Both the position numbers and the translations under genes were made by a program. Shown here one piece after another: positions 19,549 to 28,453 of a stretch of DNA of 64,000 bases. Position 1 is the first letter of the stretch. Each line of letters begins with the position of its first letter. The DNA is from an uncultured Bacilli bacterium (GTDB taxonomy: Bacteria; Bacillota_I; Bacilli_A; RFN20; CAG-288): the NCBI GenBank assembly GCA_963544395.1, contig CAUUFA010000001.1, forward strand, positions 66,626-130,625, given 5' to 3'. The notes below the pieces were generated by a model. The model did not search any database and was not told where the DNA came from. It saw nothing but the letters and a program-made list of their open reading frames with translations.

Positions 19549-20568
19549 TTACTTTGCCATACCGGCAGTGATGATCGCCATCTTATAGACCTCATCCGCC
19601 GTGCAGCCGCGGGAGAGATCGTTGATCGGGGCGTTGAGACCTTGGAGAATCGGACCATAGGCTTCATATCCGCCGAGACGCTGTGCGATCTTATAACCGA
19701 TGTTGCCGGCTTCGATGAGCGGGAAGATAAAGGTGTTGGCGTAACCAGCGACAGGAGAGTTCGGGCATTTGACTTTGGCGACGACAGGAGAGACAGCCGC
19801 ATCGAACTGGAACTCGCCGTCGATGACTAAGGAAGGATCCTTCTCATGCGCAGCGATGACCGCATCGTGAGAGAGCTTGACGGTTCCGCCCTTGCCAGAT
19901 CCATACGTGGAGAAGGAGAGGACAGCGACCTTCGGATCAATGCCGAAGAATTCTGCGGTCTTCGCGGTTTCGATAGCGACCTCAGCCAGTTTGTCCGCAG
20001 CCTTGACCAGGACTTCACCCGTCGTCTTATCCACCGTATCCGTATAGTCGATGTTGATGGCGCAATCGCCCATAGAAATTCTCTCCTCAACACCATCCTT
20101 CTCACGGACGAGAACAAAGGAAGAGGAGACAAGATGAGCGCCCGGCTTTGTCTTGATGAGCTGAAGCGCCGGTCTCACCGTATCCGCTGTCGAGTACGTC
20201 GCTCCGCCGAGCAAGGCAGAAGCTTTGCCCATCTTCACGAGCATCGTGCCGAAGTAGTTGTTCTTCTTCAATAATTCTGTGCACTCTTCTTCGGTCATCT
20301 TGCCTTTTCTGAGTTCGACCATCTTAGCGACCATCTCCGCAAAGCCTTCATAGTGAAGCGGATCTAAGATCGTGGCTTTGGAGATATCAAACTTACCGGC
20401 AGCAGCTTTTCTGACGGCATCCACATCACCGCAGAGAATGACATCCATCAGATCTTCCTTCAGAAGCCTGTCCGTCGCAGAAAGGATTCTGTCATCCGTT
20501 CCCTCGGTCAGAACAAGAGTCTTCCTTGAAGCCTTCAGATTATCGAGCAGCCTATCGAACGTTCCCAT
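19549..20568 (-). CDS. pta: phosphate acetyltransferase
   Basis: 339 aa. Short Pta domain pattern (TLVLTEGTDDRIL...SRGCTADEVYKMAIITA). Confidence 0.9.
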   Translation of the reverse strand: MGTFDRLLDNLKASRKTLVLTEGTDDRILSATDRLLKEDLMDVILCGDVDAVRKAAAGKFDISKATILDPLHYEGFAEMVAKMVELRKGKMTEEECTELLKKNNYFGTMLVKMGKASALLGGATYSTADTVRPALQLIKTKPGAHLVSSSFVLVREKDGVEERISMGDCAINIDYTDTVDKTTGEVLVKAADKLAEVAIETAKTAEFFGIDPKVAVLSFSTYGSGKGGTVKLSHDAVIAAHEKDPSLVIDGEFQFDAAVSPVVAKVKCPNSPVAGYANTFIFPLIEAGNIGYKIAQRLGGYEAYGPILQGLNAPINDLSRGCTADEVYKMAIITAGMAK

Positions 20569-20694
20569 ATGTGATTTCCTCCGATTTCATACTAGACATT
20601 CAGAACATCTTCATTATATCGTTTCCGCAAGTCAGAAGATACGATTATCCACCTTGGGATAGCGATCAAGGATCATTCTCTTTCCAAACGACAG

Positions 20695-21111
20695 CTAGGC
20701 TTTTCTGCTTTTCTTCTGACAATCCGGACAGACCCCGTAGATTTCAATGTTTTGATCCCTCAGGATGAAGCCTGTCTTTTTTTCAAGCTCTTCATTCACC
20801 TCATGATAAGGACAGCCTTCGAGCGGGATCCGCTTATGGCATTCGGTGCAGACCAGTATGTGACTATCTTCCTCCCGAATCAGAGAATAGATGTTTTCCT
20901 TCTTTTCGTTCACTTCCCGATGAACCAGGCCAACCTTTTCAAAGGTGTTGAGCGTCCGATAGACTGTCGAGAGATTGACGTCTTTTTTTTCAAAGGTATA
21001 GAAAAGCTCTTCCGCTGTCACCGGATGGGTTTGCTTCCGCAGGGACTGCAGTATCCGCTCACGATTTTTCGTCCGTTTCAAGCCAAAATGTTCAAATGCA
21101 TTTTCAATCAT
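20695..21111 (-). CDS. zur: Fur-family metalloregulator, probably Zur
   Basis: GLKRTKNRERIL winged-helix start and two CxxC pairs (CTECHK, CPDCQ). Divergent from the zinc ABC operon. Start moved to ATG 21111. Confidence 0.8.
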   Translation of the reverse strand: MIENAFEHFGLKRTKNRERILQSLRKQTHPVTAEELFYTFEKKDVNLSTVYRTLNTFEKVGLVHREVNEKKENIYSLIREEDSHILVCTECHKRIPLEGCPYHEVNEELEKKTGFILRDQNIEIYGVCPDCQKKSRKA

Positions 21112-21135
21112 ATGTCTTATTCTGAAACATTTTAC

Positions 21136-21164
21136 TTGATAAATCAATACAGGAAGTGTATATT
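21136..21164 (+). promoter_or_regulatory. znuA promoter
   Basis: TTGATA (21136-21141), 17-nt spacer, TATATT (21159-21164). Confidence 0.55.
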
Positions 21165-21169
21165 TTGTA

Positions 21170-21188
21170 AATGCAAATCATTTGCATT
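21170..21188. promoter_or_regulatory. Fur/Zur-box-like 9-1-9 perfect palindrome
   Basis: AATGCAAAT-C-ATTTGCATT begins 6 nt after the -10 of znuA, inside the zur-znuA divergent region. Confidence 0.6.
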
Positions 21189-21206
21189 ACAGAAAGGCAA
21201 CACAAC

Positions 21207-22070
21207 ATGAAAAAAAGAACGTTATTCGTCGCTGCAGGTCTCCTCTTGAGCTTAGCATCCTGCCGCACCAACAAAGCCACCTCTCATACGATCTACACTT
21301 CCTTCTATCCGATCTATGACTTCACCAAGCGCATCGTCGGCGATAAATACAAAGTCGTCAACATCACGCCTGCGGGAAGTGAACCACATGACTATGAGCC
21401 CAAAGCCAAAGACGTCGATGAGATGAAAGACGGCGCTGCCATCTTCACCAACGGCCTCGGTCTGGAAACCTGGACCGGCTCTCTGCCTAAAGCCATCAAT
21501 GAAAAAATCCATGTCGTCTCTACTGGCATCGAGACCAATAAGATCAACGGTGTCGTCGATCCCCACATCTGGCTCTCTGTTCCTAACGCCATCAAGGAGA
21601 TGGGAAACATCCTGAAGGAGATGAAGGGTATCGACAAAGATAACGCCACCTATTTCCAGAGCAATTACGACAAGGCGGTGAAAGAGTTCGAAAAGCTTCA
21701 CACCGAGTACAAGACAACACTCGCCGGCGTCAAAAACAAATATCTTGTCGTCTCCCACGCTGCCTTCGGTTATCTCTGCCAAGAATACGGATTGACGCAG
21801 ATTTATGTCTCCGGTCTCACTCCGGATGATGAACCTACACCGAAAGCGATGGAGGATATCATCAAGAAAGTCGGAGAGTATAATATTACTACGATCTTCT
21901 ATGAGGAGCTCGTCTCTCCGGAAATCTCCAAAAAGATTGCTGAGGAAGCTCATGTCAAAACCCAGACCCTCAACCCGTTAGAAGGTCTGACAGAAGAAGA
22001 GCTGAAAACAGAAGATTATCTCTCCGTCATGAGAGATAACCTGAAACGAATCGAGGAGGCCAACCGTTAG
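21207..22070 (+). CDS. znuA: zinc ABC transporter substrate-binding lipoprotein (cluster A-I)
   Basis: Lipobox LLSLASC. ZnuA/TroA-like motifs (YPIYDF, GSEPHDYEP, DPHIWLS, HAAFGY). Confidence 0.85.
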   Translation: MKKRTLFVAAGLLLSLASCRTNKATSHTIYTSFYPIYDFTKRIVGDKYKVVNITPAGSEPHDYEPKAKDVDEMKDGAAIFTNGLGLETWTGSLPKAINEKIHVVSTGIETNKINGVVDPHIWLSVPNAIKEMGNILKEMKGIDKDNATYFQSNYDKAVKEFEKLHTEYKTTLAGVKNKYLVVSHAAFGYLCQEYGLTQIYVSGLTPDDEPTPKAMEDIIKKVGEYNITTIFYEELVSPEISKKIAEEAHVKTQTLNPLEGLTEEELKTEDYLSVMRDNLKRIEEANR

Positions 22071-22729
22071 TGATTCAATTCGACCATGTCTCTTTTTCCT
22101 TTCCCGGCACACCTGTCCTCAACGATATCTGCTTCACTTTGGAGGACGGTCAGTTCATCGGCATCCTAGGTCCTAACGGCGGAGGTAAGTCCACTTTCCT
22201 CCGCTTGGCATTAGGCCTGCTCAAGCCGACGAAAGGCAGGATCACACGAACCTGCCAGCGGATTTCCTATATCGCTCAGACTACCTCTCTCTCAGATTCC
22301 TCTTTCCCAGCGACAGTCGAAGAGGTCGTCGGTCTCGGTCTTGTGGATGCCTCCATCCGCTTTCGCTTCAGAGAAAGAAAAGAGAAAGTGAACGCTGTCT
22401 TAGAGCAGCTTCAGCTCACTCCCTTAAGAAAGAGACTGGTCAATGAACTCTCCGGCGGTCAGCTCCAAAAAGTCAAGATTGCCAAAGCCCTGATCTCCGC
22501 TCCTGACCTCATCGTCCTCGATGAACCGGATGCCGGAATGGATGACAGTGCACACGAAAATCTGATCAGCATCATCAGCAAACTCCATCAGAAGAAAACG
22601 ACGATTCTCTTCGTTTCCCATCATCCTCACGACTTAGAGGACGCCGATGCCGTCTACTTCATCGAACAAGGTAAAATCCTTACCTACGAAAAAGAATTGG
22701 AAAGAGGACATCACCATGTTGACCTCTGA
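22070..22729 (+). CDS. znuC: zinc ABC transporter ATP-binding protein
   Basis: GTG start overlapping the znuA stop. Walker A GPNGGGKST, LSGGQLQKV, Walker B LIVLDEPDAGMD. Confidence 0.85.
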   Translation: MIQFDHVSFSFPGTPVLNDICFTLEDGQFIGILGPNGGGKSTFLRLALGLLKPTKGRITRTCQRISYIAQTTSLSDSSFPATVEEVVGLGLVDASIRFRFRERKEKVNAVLEQLQLTPLRKRLVNELSGGQLQKVKIAKALISAPDLIVLDEPDAGMDDSAHENLISIISKLHQKKTTILFVSHHPHDLEDADAVYFIEQGKILTYEKELERGHHHVDL

Positions 22730-23528
22730 ATTTATGCGAATTGCCTTCGTTGTGGCAATCCTGCTTGGCATCGCTATCCCTCTGATTGGATCCTCTGCGG
22801 TATTCAAACGGTTATCCTCTTCAGGGGATGCACTTGCCCACTCCTCGTTGGCCGGTGTCGCCATCGGCCTAGCCGCCGGACTCAACCCGCTTGCCTTCTC
22901 CATCCTCACCTGCGTCGTTTCCTTCTTCATCATCGAGCTTCTCCGCAGGAAGTTCAACAAGTATTCGGAGATCGGCGTCGCGGTCGTCCTCTCGGCTGCG
23001 ATCGGCTTAGCCGGCATCCTCTCCAGTTACACCAAAGCCAGCAACTTCGACTCCTATCTCTTCGGATCTATCCTTCTCATCTCAAGGCCGGAGCTCTATA
23101 TCACCATCCTTCTCACCGCTCTCATCCTGCTCTTCTCCCTGCTCTTCTACCCTCAGATCTTCTCCTCCCTCTACTCCGAGAGTGAAAGCAAGGTCAACGG
23201 CGTCAAAGTCGGCATCCTCACCTTCGTTCAGGATCTCCTCCTATCCATCACCATCGCTGTCGGTGCCAAAGTGGTCGGCTCTCTTGTCGTCTCCAGCCTC
23301 GTTGTTCTTCCTACCGCTATCGCCTTGCAGATGAAAAAAGGCTATCGGTTCACGATGATCTCTTCCGTCTTCTTCTCTCTCACAGCCATGTTAGGCGGAT
23401 TGACCATCGCTTACTACGCCAACCTGAAACCAGGTGCCACCATCGTGATGGTGGCGATATCTCTCCTTCTTATCGTCGTGCTGGGAAAATTCCTCCTCAG
23501 CCTACTCCCGAACAGGAAGAAAGACTGA
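22716..23528 (+). CDS. znuB: zinc ABC transporter permease
   Basis: About 8 TM helices, ABC-3 family pattern. Start at ATG 22716 behind GAAAGAGGA, overlapping the znuC end. Confidence 0.85.
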   Translation: MLTSEFMRIAFVVAILLGIAIPLIGSSAVFKRLSSSGDALAHSSLAGVAIGLAAGLNPLAFSILTCVVSFFIIELLRRKFNKYSEIGVAVVLSAAIGLAGILSSYTKASNFDSYLFGSILLISRPELYITILLTALILLFSLLFYPQIFSSLYSESESKVNGVKVGILTFVQDLLLSITIAVGAKVVGSLVVSSLVVLPTAIALQMKKGYRFTMISSVFFSLTAMLGGLTIAYYANLKPGATIVMVAISLLLIVVLGKFLLSLLPNRKKD

Positions 23529-23536
23529 TCCCATCC

Positions 23537-23599
23537 AAAACAGTTTCCGTCGCTGATCTTAGTCCTGCTTCAGGACTTAAGTCATAGCGGAAACTTTTT
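23537..23599. terminator. nested-hairpin bidirectional terminator
   Basis: Outer stem AGTTTCCG/CGGAAACT and inner stem AGTCCTG/CAGGACT, with A-run and T-run flanks, between convergent znuB and nrdG. Confidence 0.6.
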
Positions 23600-24125
23600 A
23601 GTTGTTCAGCGGGGAAAGAATCACTTTCCCTTCTTTCCTGGTCTTCTTCATATCGATGATGCGCTGATTCTCCGATCCTCGGAAATTAAGTGATATATTG
23701 GCTAAGGCTAGGACGAATCTGCCATCCACCAGAATGTCGATCTGATCTAAAATCGCATCGGTGCATGTACCATATCGCTTCCCGCCGGGACAGAGATCGC
23801 TCTCATAGGTGAAGCCAGAATAAATCCAAATATTCTTTTCCGGAAGTTCTCTCCGGATCCTCTCAATCAAAGGAAGAATACCTTCCTGATTGGAAAACTC
23901 CATCGGTTCACCACCTAAGATGGTAAGTCCTTCATACTGAGGCTTTCTGAGCTCTTCGATCAAAGCATCCTCCATCTCTTTTGTGTATTCATGGCCGAAG
24001 GAAAAATCCCAGGTCTCCGGCTGAAAGCAGCCTGGGCAGCAATTGGTGCAGCCCGAGACAAACAGAGAGACTCGGATTCCTGTTCCGTTAGCGATATCAC
24101 ACTTCGTGATCTGACCGATGTTCAT
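23598..24125 (-). CDS. nrdG: anaerobic ribonucleoside-triphosphate reductase activating protein
   Basis: Radical-SAM cluster motif CTNCCPGC, GG..SGGEP-like motif (ILGGEP). GGGAGG RBS before ATG 24125. Confidence 0.85.
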   Translation of the reverse strand: MNIGQITKCDIANGTGIRVSLFVSGCTNCCPGCFQPETWDFSFGHEYTKEMEDALIEELRKPQYEGLTILGGEPMEFSNQEGILPLIERIRRELPEKNIWIYSGFTYESDLCPGGKRYGTCTDAILDQIDILVDGRFVLALANISLNFRGSENQRIIDMKKTRKEGKVILSPLNN

Positions 24126-24177
24126 ACCTACCTCCCTGAAGAAAAATCCCTCTGTCATGACGAGAGAGGGATAGACG

Positions 24178-26484
24178 TCACTTGCTGTTTTGCTTCACTT
24201 TCTCTTCTTCCTCATCGAATTCAGAGATGGTCACATGAAGTACCCGATCCTGAATTTCCTGAGTGCGGCCCTGATTCCAGTACTGTGTTCCAATGTAGCC
24301 GCAGGTTCTCCTTGCGACATGCATCTTCGTCTGATCGCGGTTTCCGCACTTCGGACATTCCCAGACCAGCTTGCCAGTCTCATCCTTGACGATCCTGATC
24401 TCACCGGTGAACCCGCAGTTCTCGCAGAGATCGCTCTTGGTGTTGAGCTCCGCGTAAAGGATCGTATTGTAGATATGCTTCATGATGGCGATGACGGCAG
24501 GATGGTTGTTCTGCATGTTGGGCACTTCGACATACGAGACTGCACCGCCTGGAGAAAGCCTCTGGAATTTCGCCTCTTTCGTCAGTTTATCAAAGGCATC
24601 GATATGTTCTCTGACATTGATGTGATAAGAGTTGGTGATGTAGTTGTGATCGGTGACACCTTTGATGATGCCAAAGCGCTTCTGCAGACACTTAGCGAAC
24701 TTATAGGTTGTCGATTCCAAAGGCGTTCCATAGACAGAGTAGTCGATGTTCTCTGCTGCCTTCCAGGCTTTGCAGGAATCGTTGAGAAGCTGCATGATGC
24801 GAAGACCGAACTCTTCACCCTCCGGAGAGGTGTGAGAGACACCCTTCATGTAATAGACGCACTCCGCAAGACCGGCATATCCTAACGAGATCGTAGAATA
24901 ACCATTGAATAGCAGCTTATCGATCGTCTCTCCCGACTTCAGCCTGGCGAGAGCACCGTCCTGCCATAAGATAGGAGCGACATCGCTGGGCGTCCCCATC
25001 AGACGTTCATGGCGGATCTGCAAGGCCCTGTGGCAGAGCTCAAGCCGATCGTGCATGATTTCCCAGAACTTATCTTCATCCTTGCCGGAAGAGCAGGCAG
25101 CATCCACCAGGTTGATCGTCACAACGCCTTGATTGAAACGGCCGTAATAACGATGCTTTCCCGGGACATAGTCCAAAGCATTGGCAACGTTGCCGACTCC
25201 GGCATCGGTAAACCGATCCGGTGTCAGGAAAGAACGGCATCCCATACAGGGATAGCAGTCGCCCTTCAGTTCCAAAGCCTTCTTTTCAGAGATATAATCC
25301 GGAACCATCCGCTTCGCTGAGCACTCCGCGGCAAGTTTGGTGAGGTAGAAGTACTTTCCGTTCTCGTCGATGTTGTCTTCCTGAAGGACATAAATCAGCT
25401 TTGGAAAAGCCGGCGTGATATAAGCGCCAGTCCGATCCTTGACCCCAAGGATCCTTTGACGGAGCATCACTTCGATGACTAAGGCTAAATCGTCTCGGAT
25501 CTGGCCTTCCGGCACTTCATTCAGATAAAGGAAGACCGTGACGAAAGGCGCCTGTCCGTTTGTGGACTGCAACGTGATCAGCTGATACTGAATGGTCTGA
25601 CATCCGGCTTCTACTTCCTTAAGGACTTCCTTTTCGACCAGCTCTCTGAACTTCTCATCTGTCGTATCGATGCCACAGGAAGTGAACTCTTCCTGAAGAC
25701 GCTTGGCAATCTTCTTTCGACTCACATCGACAAAAGGAGCAAGGTGAGACATGGTGATCGTCTGTCCGCCATACTGAGAGGAGGCGACCTGTGCGACGAC
25801 CTGAGAAGCGACCGTGCAGGCTGTGATGAAGGAGCGTGGGCGATCGATATGGGTGCCAGAAATACAAGTGCCATTCTGAAGCATATCATTTAGGTTGACC
25901 AAATCGCAGTTGTGCATATGCTGAGCAAAATAATCAGCATCATGGAAATGAATGACGCCCTCTTTATGAGCCTGGGAGATCTCGTTAGGAAGCAGGTAAC
26001 GATTGGTATAATACCGGCTCCATTCTCCGGCCATATAATCTCGCTGAACTGAAAGAATCGTCGGATTCTTATTGGAGTTTTCCTGCTTGACTTCCTCGTT
26101 GTCTCTCTCAACGACACCGGAGATCTTCTGATCGATGTCCGACATCTTCCGCTGCTCGTTGTGTTTGAAGCGATACGTGATGTAAAGACGGGCAACCTTG
26201 TGCTTTCCGGTGTTCATCAGGGCATCTTCCACTTTGTCCTGAATTTCTTCGACCGAGAGGTCTCTGCCTGCATTGGAGGCGTCTTTCATAATGCCGTGAA
26301 CGATGCCAGAAATCTCCTCTTCCGTCAGACGTTCCGAGGGGACGCCTTCTTCCTGATTAGCTTTTCGGATCGCATTGAAAATCTTGGTCTTGTCGAACGA
26401 AACCCGTTCTCCGGACCTCTTCATGACGCAGACTTTCGGATCGTCAATACCTAAATTACCATCTAAGGTTTCATCATAGATCAT
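24178..26484 (-). CDS. nrdD: anaerobic ribonucleoside-triphosphate reductase
   Basis: 768 aa. N-terminal ATP-cone, C-terminal zinc site CxxC...CxxC and glycyl-radical motif RRTCGYIG. Confidence 0.95.
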   Translation of the reverse strand: MIYDETLDGNLGIDDPKVCVMKRSGERVSFDKTKIFNAIRKANQEEGVPSERLTEEEISGIVHGIMKDASNAGRDLSVEEIQDKVEDALMNTGKHKVARLYITYRFKHNEQRKMSDIDQKISGVVERDNEEVKQENSNKNPTILSVQRDYMAGEWSRYYTNRYLLPNEISQAHKEGVIHFHDADYFAQHMHNCDLVNLNDMLQNGTCISGTHIDRPRSFITACTVASQVVAQVASSQYGGQTITMSHLAPFVDVSRKKIAKRLQEEFTSCGIDTTDEKFRELVEKEVLKEVEAGCQTIQYQLITLQSTNGQAPFVTVFLYLNEVPEGQIRDDLALVIEVMLRQRILGVKDRTGAYITPAFPKLIYVLQEDNIDENGKYFYLTKLAAECSAKRMVPDYISEKKALELKGDCYPCMGCRSFLTPDRFTDAGVGNVANALDYVPGKHRYYGRFNQGVVTINLVDAACSSGKDEDKFWEIMHDRLELCHRALQIRHERLMGTPSDVAPILWQDGALARLKSGETIDKLLFNGYSTISLGYAGLAECVYYMKGVSHTSPEGEEFGLRIMQLLNDSCKAWKAAENIDYSVYGTPLESTTYKFAKCLQKRFGIIKGVTDHNYITNSYHINVREHIDAFDKLTKEAKFQRLSPGGAVSYVEVPNMQNNHPAVIAIMKHIYNTILYAELNTKSDLCENCGFTGEIRIVKDETGKLVWECPKCGNRDQTKMHVARRTCGYIGTQYWNQGRTQEIQDRVLHVTISEFDEEEEKVKQNSK

Positions 26485-27206
26485 ATGCTGTCCTGCCCTT
26501 TCTTCAGAGAGAAAACGACCTCCCGGTCATCATGCTATGTTCATCATACAGCATGTCACATTATAAATGTTTCAATATGCTTATGACTAAAGAAAATATG
26601 TGGTTTGAACACTGGGACAATACTGAGCATCAACGATATCTATCCCCTTGGGTTACGGATGACTCCTATTGGACACTTTTTTGATGTTGGTCTGATTTCT
26701 TGTTTTTTCCTTGTTATCTTACCAATCTCTTCTTTGTCGACTTCAATAAATTCATCTTTTCCACTTTTGACAGATGACCGATATGAGTCCCTAACTTGGA
26801 CGATCAGCCATCTTTTTTGTCTAAGAACAATCGTGACAACCCGCTCGCACTCAGAAGCACGAATCGAAATCAAGGCAGTCGAAAAGGGCCACACCATTTC
26901 AAAAACAGCAACGATTACTTTTCTGAACAGATTTGAATGATTGTTCCGTTCATTGACCGCTCATGTAACCTGACCTGCCAGTGCGTTTCCCCTGAAAATT
27001 TCATCAAAAGAAAACACAGATACTACTAAGTAAAATCCTATCTGAAATCATCCTGAGGTCAGGAAGGATAATCCTGGGCAAAATATAGAGAGGATAAATC
27101 AGTATGATAAACAGATCGAACTTGGCAACTAGAAAAGGGGTGAGACATTGAAGTCTCTGGAATAACACTTGAACATCATTGGTTGCACCATTGTTGCACC
27201 ACAGCA

Positions 27207-27230
27207 ACAAAAAATCCCGATTTCCCGGGA
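27207..27230 (-). terminator. terminator after tRNA-Ala
   Basis: On the minus strand: TCCCGGGAAATCGGGA hairpin followed by TTTTTTGT. Confidence 0.6.
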
Positions 27231-27243
27231 ATATTTACCTTAA

Positions 27244-27319
27244 TGGTGGAGCCAACCGGGATCGAACCGGCGACCTTCTCGTTGCGAACGAGACGCTCTC
27301 CCAACTGAGCTATGGCCCC
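27244..27319 (-). tRNA. tRNA-Ala (anticodon CGC), CCA encoded
   Basis: 76-nt cloverleaf folded by hand: acceptor GGGGCCA/TGGCTCC with the G3:U70 identity pair, anticodon loop TTCGCAA, T-loop GGTTCGATCC. Confidence 0.95.
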
Positions 27320-27355
27320 AACGCTATAAAATCATATCAAAAAGGGGTTCGTCTT

Positions 27356-27844
27356 TCAATCAACAAATTGAAGAATGATCTGATATTCATTCACGAGATC
27401 GGCCAATTTCATACTGGCATTTGCGGGGCTGGAAGAGGGTAGATAAATGACATCATCTGAGACAAACTTCCGATAATTCTCATAAGCGGTCTTTCCCGCA
27501 GTAAACACTTTTCTGATTTGGGAACGACTCAGAATCGGTGTGAAATCATTCACGACAATATTCCGAATGGACGAATCCGAGCTCCCTTTGATATCGCACT
27601 CATAAATCACATCGTATAAGGCGATATGATGCTTCATCAGAAAAAATTTCCGCTCTGAAATTGACTTTGGTTCCTCCTCATGAAAGAGAATCGAAAGAAC
27701 AAGGAAGAACCGGTTCTGAGGATGGGCATAGTAAAATCCGGCTTTTCTTGTGGCAATTGAAGGAAGTGAACCTAAAATGAGAATCTCCGAGTCCGGACAG
27801 TAAAAGGGAGGAAGAGACTCATGCGTGATATGCTGATACTCCAT
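27356..27844 (-). CDS. DNA-deoxyinosine (hypoxanthine) glycosylase, UDG superfamily
   Basis: 162 aa. ILILGSLPS...YYAHPQNRFF and C-terminal LPSSSPAN motifs typical of this UDG-like family. Confidence 0.7.
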   Translation of the reverse strand: MEYQHITHESLPPFYCPDSEILILGSLPSIATRKAGFYYAHPQNRFFLVLSILFHEEEPKSISERKFFLMKHHIALYDVIYECDIKGSSDSSIRNIVVNDFTPILSRSQIRKVFTAGKTAYENYRKFVSDDVIYLPSSSPANASMKLADLVNEYQIILQFVD

Positions 27845-27876
27845 CCTGTGTCAAAGCAAAAAACAGAAGCCTCTTC

Positions 27877-28410
27877 TTATTTGCGACGCTTAGAGATCAC
27901 GATGATCTCTTTTCTGGTTGTCGCCTCAATCAGCAGCATAATCGCATAGGCGATAAAGAAGATGCCTAACATCAAACCGGCAAACTTCCTGAAGTCAGGG
28001 ATGAGCCATAAGCAGATGCCGATTGAAAAAGCGGCAGCACCGGAGATGAGAATCAGCGTGTTGCCAAGGAGCATTCTCCTTAAAGCGAAGCCGATGACGG
28101 CATCGACGACAAGCAAGGCTCCGATCACCATCATGATCATAGAGATGATGCCTAAGAAATCGAATCCGCCGATGACCGGAATGCAGTAGACTCCCAATCC
28201 TAAGACGGCTCCCCCGAGAAGACCGGTGTCTGTCATGATGGTTTTGACTGCACTCAGCGACAAAGCGACCAAAGAGACGCCGCCGACGATCAGAGAGATG
28301 GCGATCATCCAATTTAAGAAGCTGTTGACGCCGATGACAGAAAGACACAATAGGATGCCGATCACCATGAAGATGATCGCCTTCATCAGATTCTGTGTTT
28401 TTGTATTCAT
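27877..28410 (-). CDS. HdeD/DUF308-like integral membrane protein
   Basis: 177 aa, six Gly-rich TM helices arranged in repeated pairs. Confidence 0.55.
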   Translation of the reverse strand: MNTKTQNLMKAIIFMVIGILLCLSVIGVNSFLNWMIAISLIVGGVSLVALSLSAVKTIMTDTGLLGGAVLGLGVYCIPVIGGFDFLGIISMIMMVIGALLVVDAVIGFALRRMLLGNTLILISGAAAFSIGICLWLIPDFRKFAGLMLGIFFIAYAIMLLIEATTRKEIIVISKRRK

Positions 28411-28453
28411 AGAAAGAAATCCTCCGAGTCAATATTATATATAATGTTTTTGT

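Noticed and set aside
26485-26600. NrdR boxes upstream of nrdD.
   Set aside because: The palindromes present (ACATTATAAATGT; CATGCTGTATG/CATAGCATG) do not fit the 16-bp acaCwAtATaTwGtgt consensus or its paired-box spacing as I recall it.
26640-26897. 85-aa minus-strand ORF near tRNA-Ala as a remnant of an integrase or integrated element.
   Set aside because: It shows only a vague resemblance to integrase arm-binding domains. It has no catalytic motifs and no RBS. I could find no direct repeat of the tRNA-Ala 3' end in the window.
27179-27205. Tandem GTTGCACCA...GTTGCACCA next to the tRNA as a possible att site.
   Set aside because: The repeat does not match the tRNA-Ala 3' end (GGCTCCACCA). 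It is only 9 nt long and no distal partner was found.
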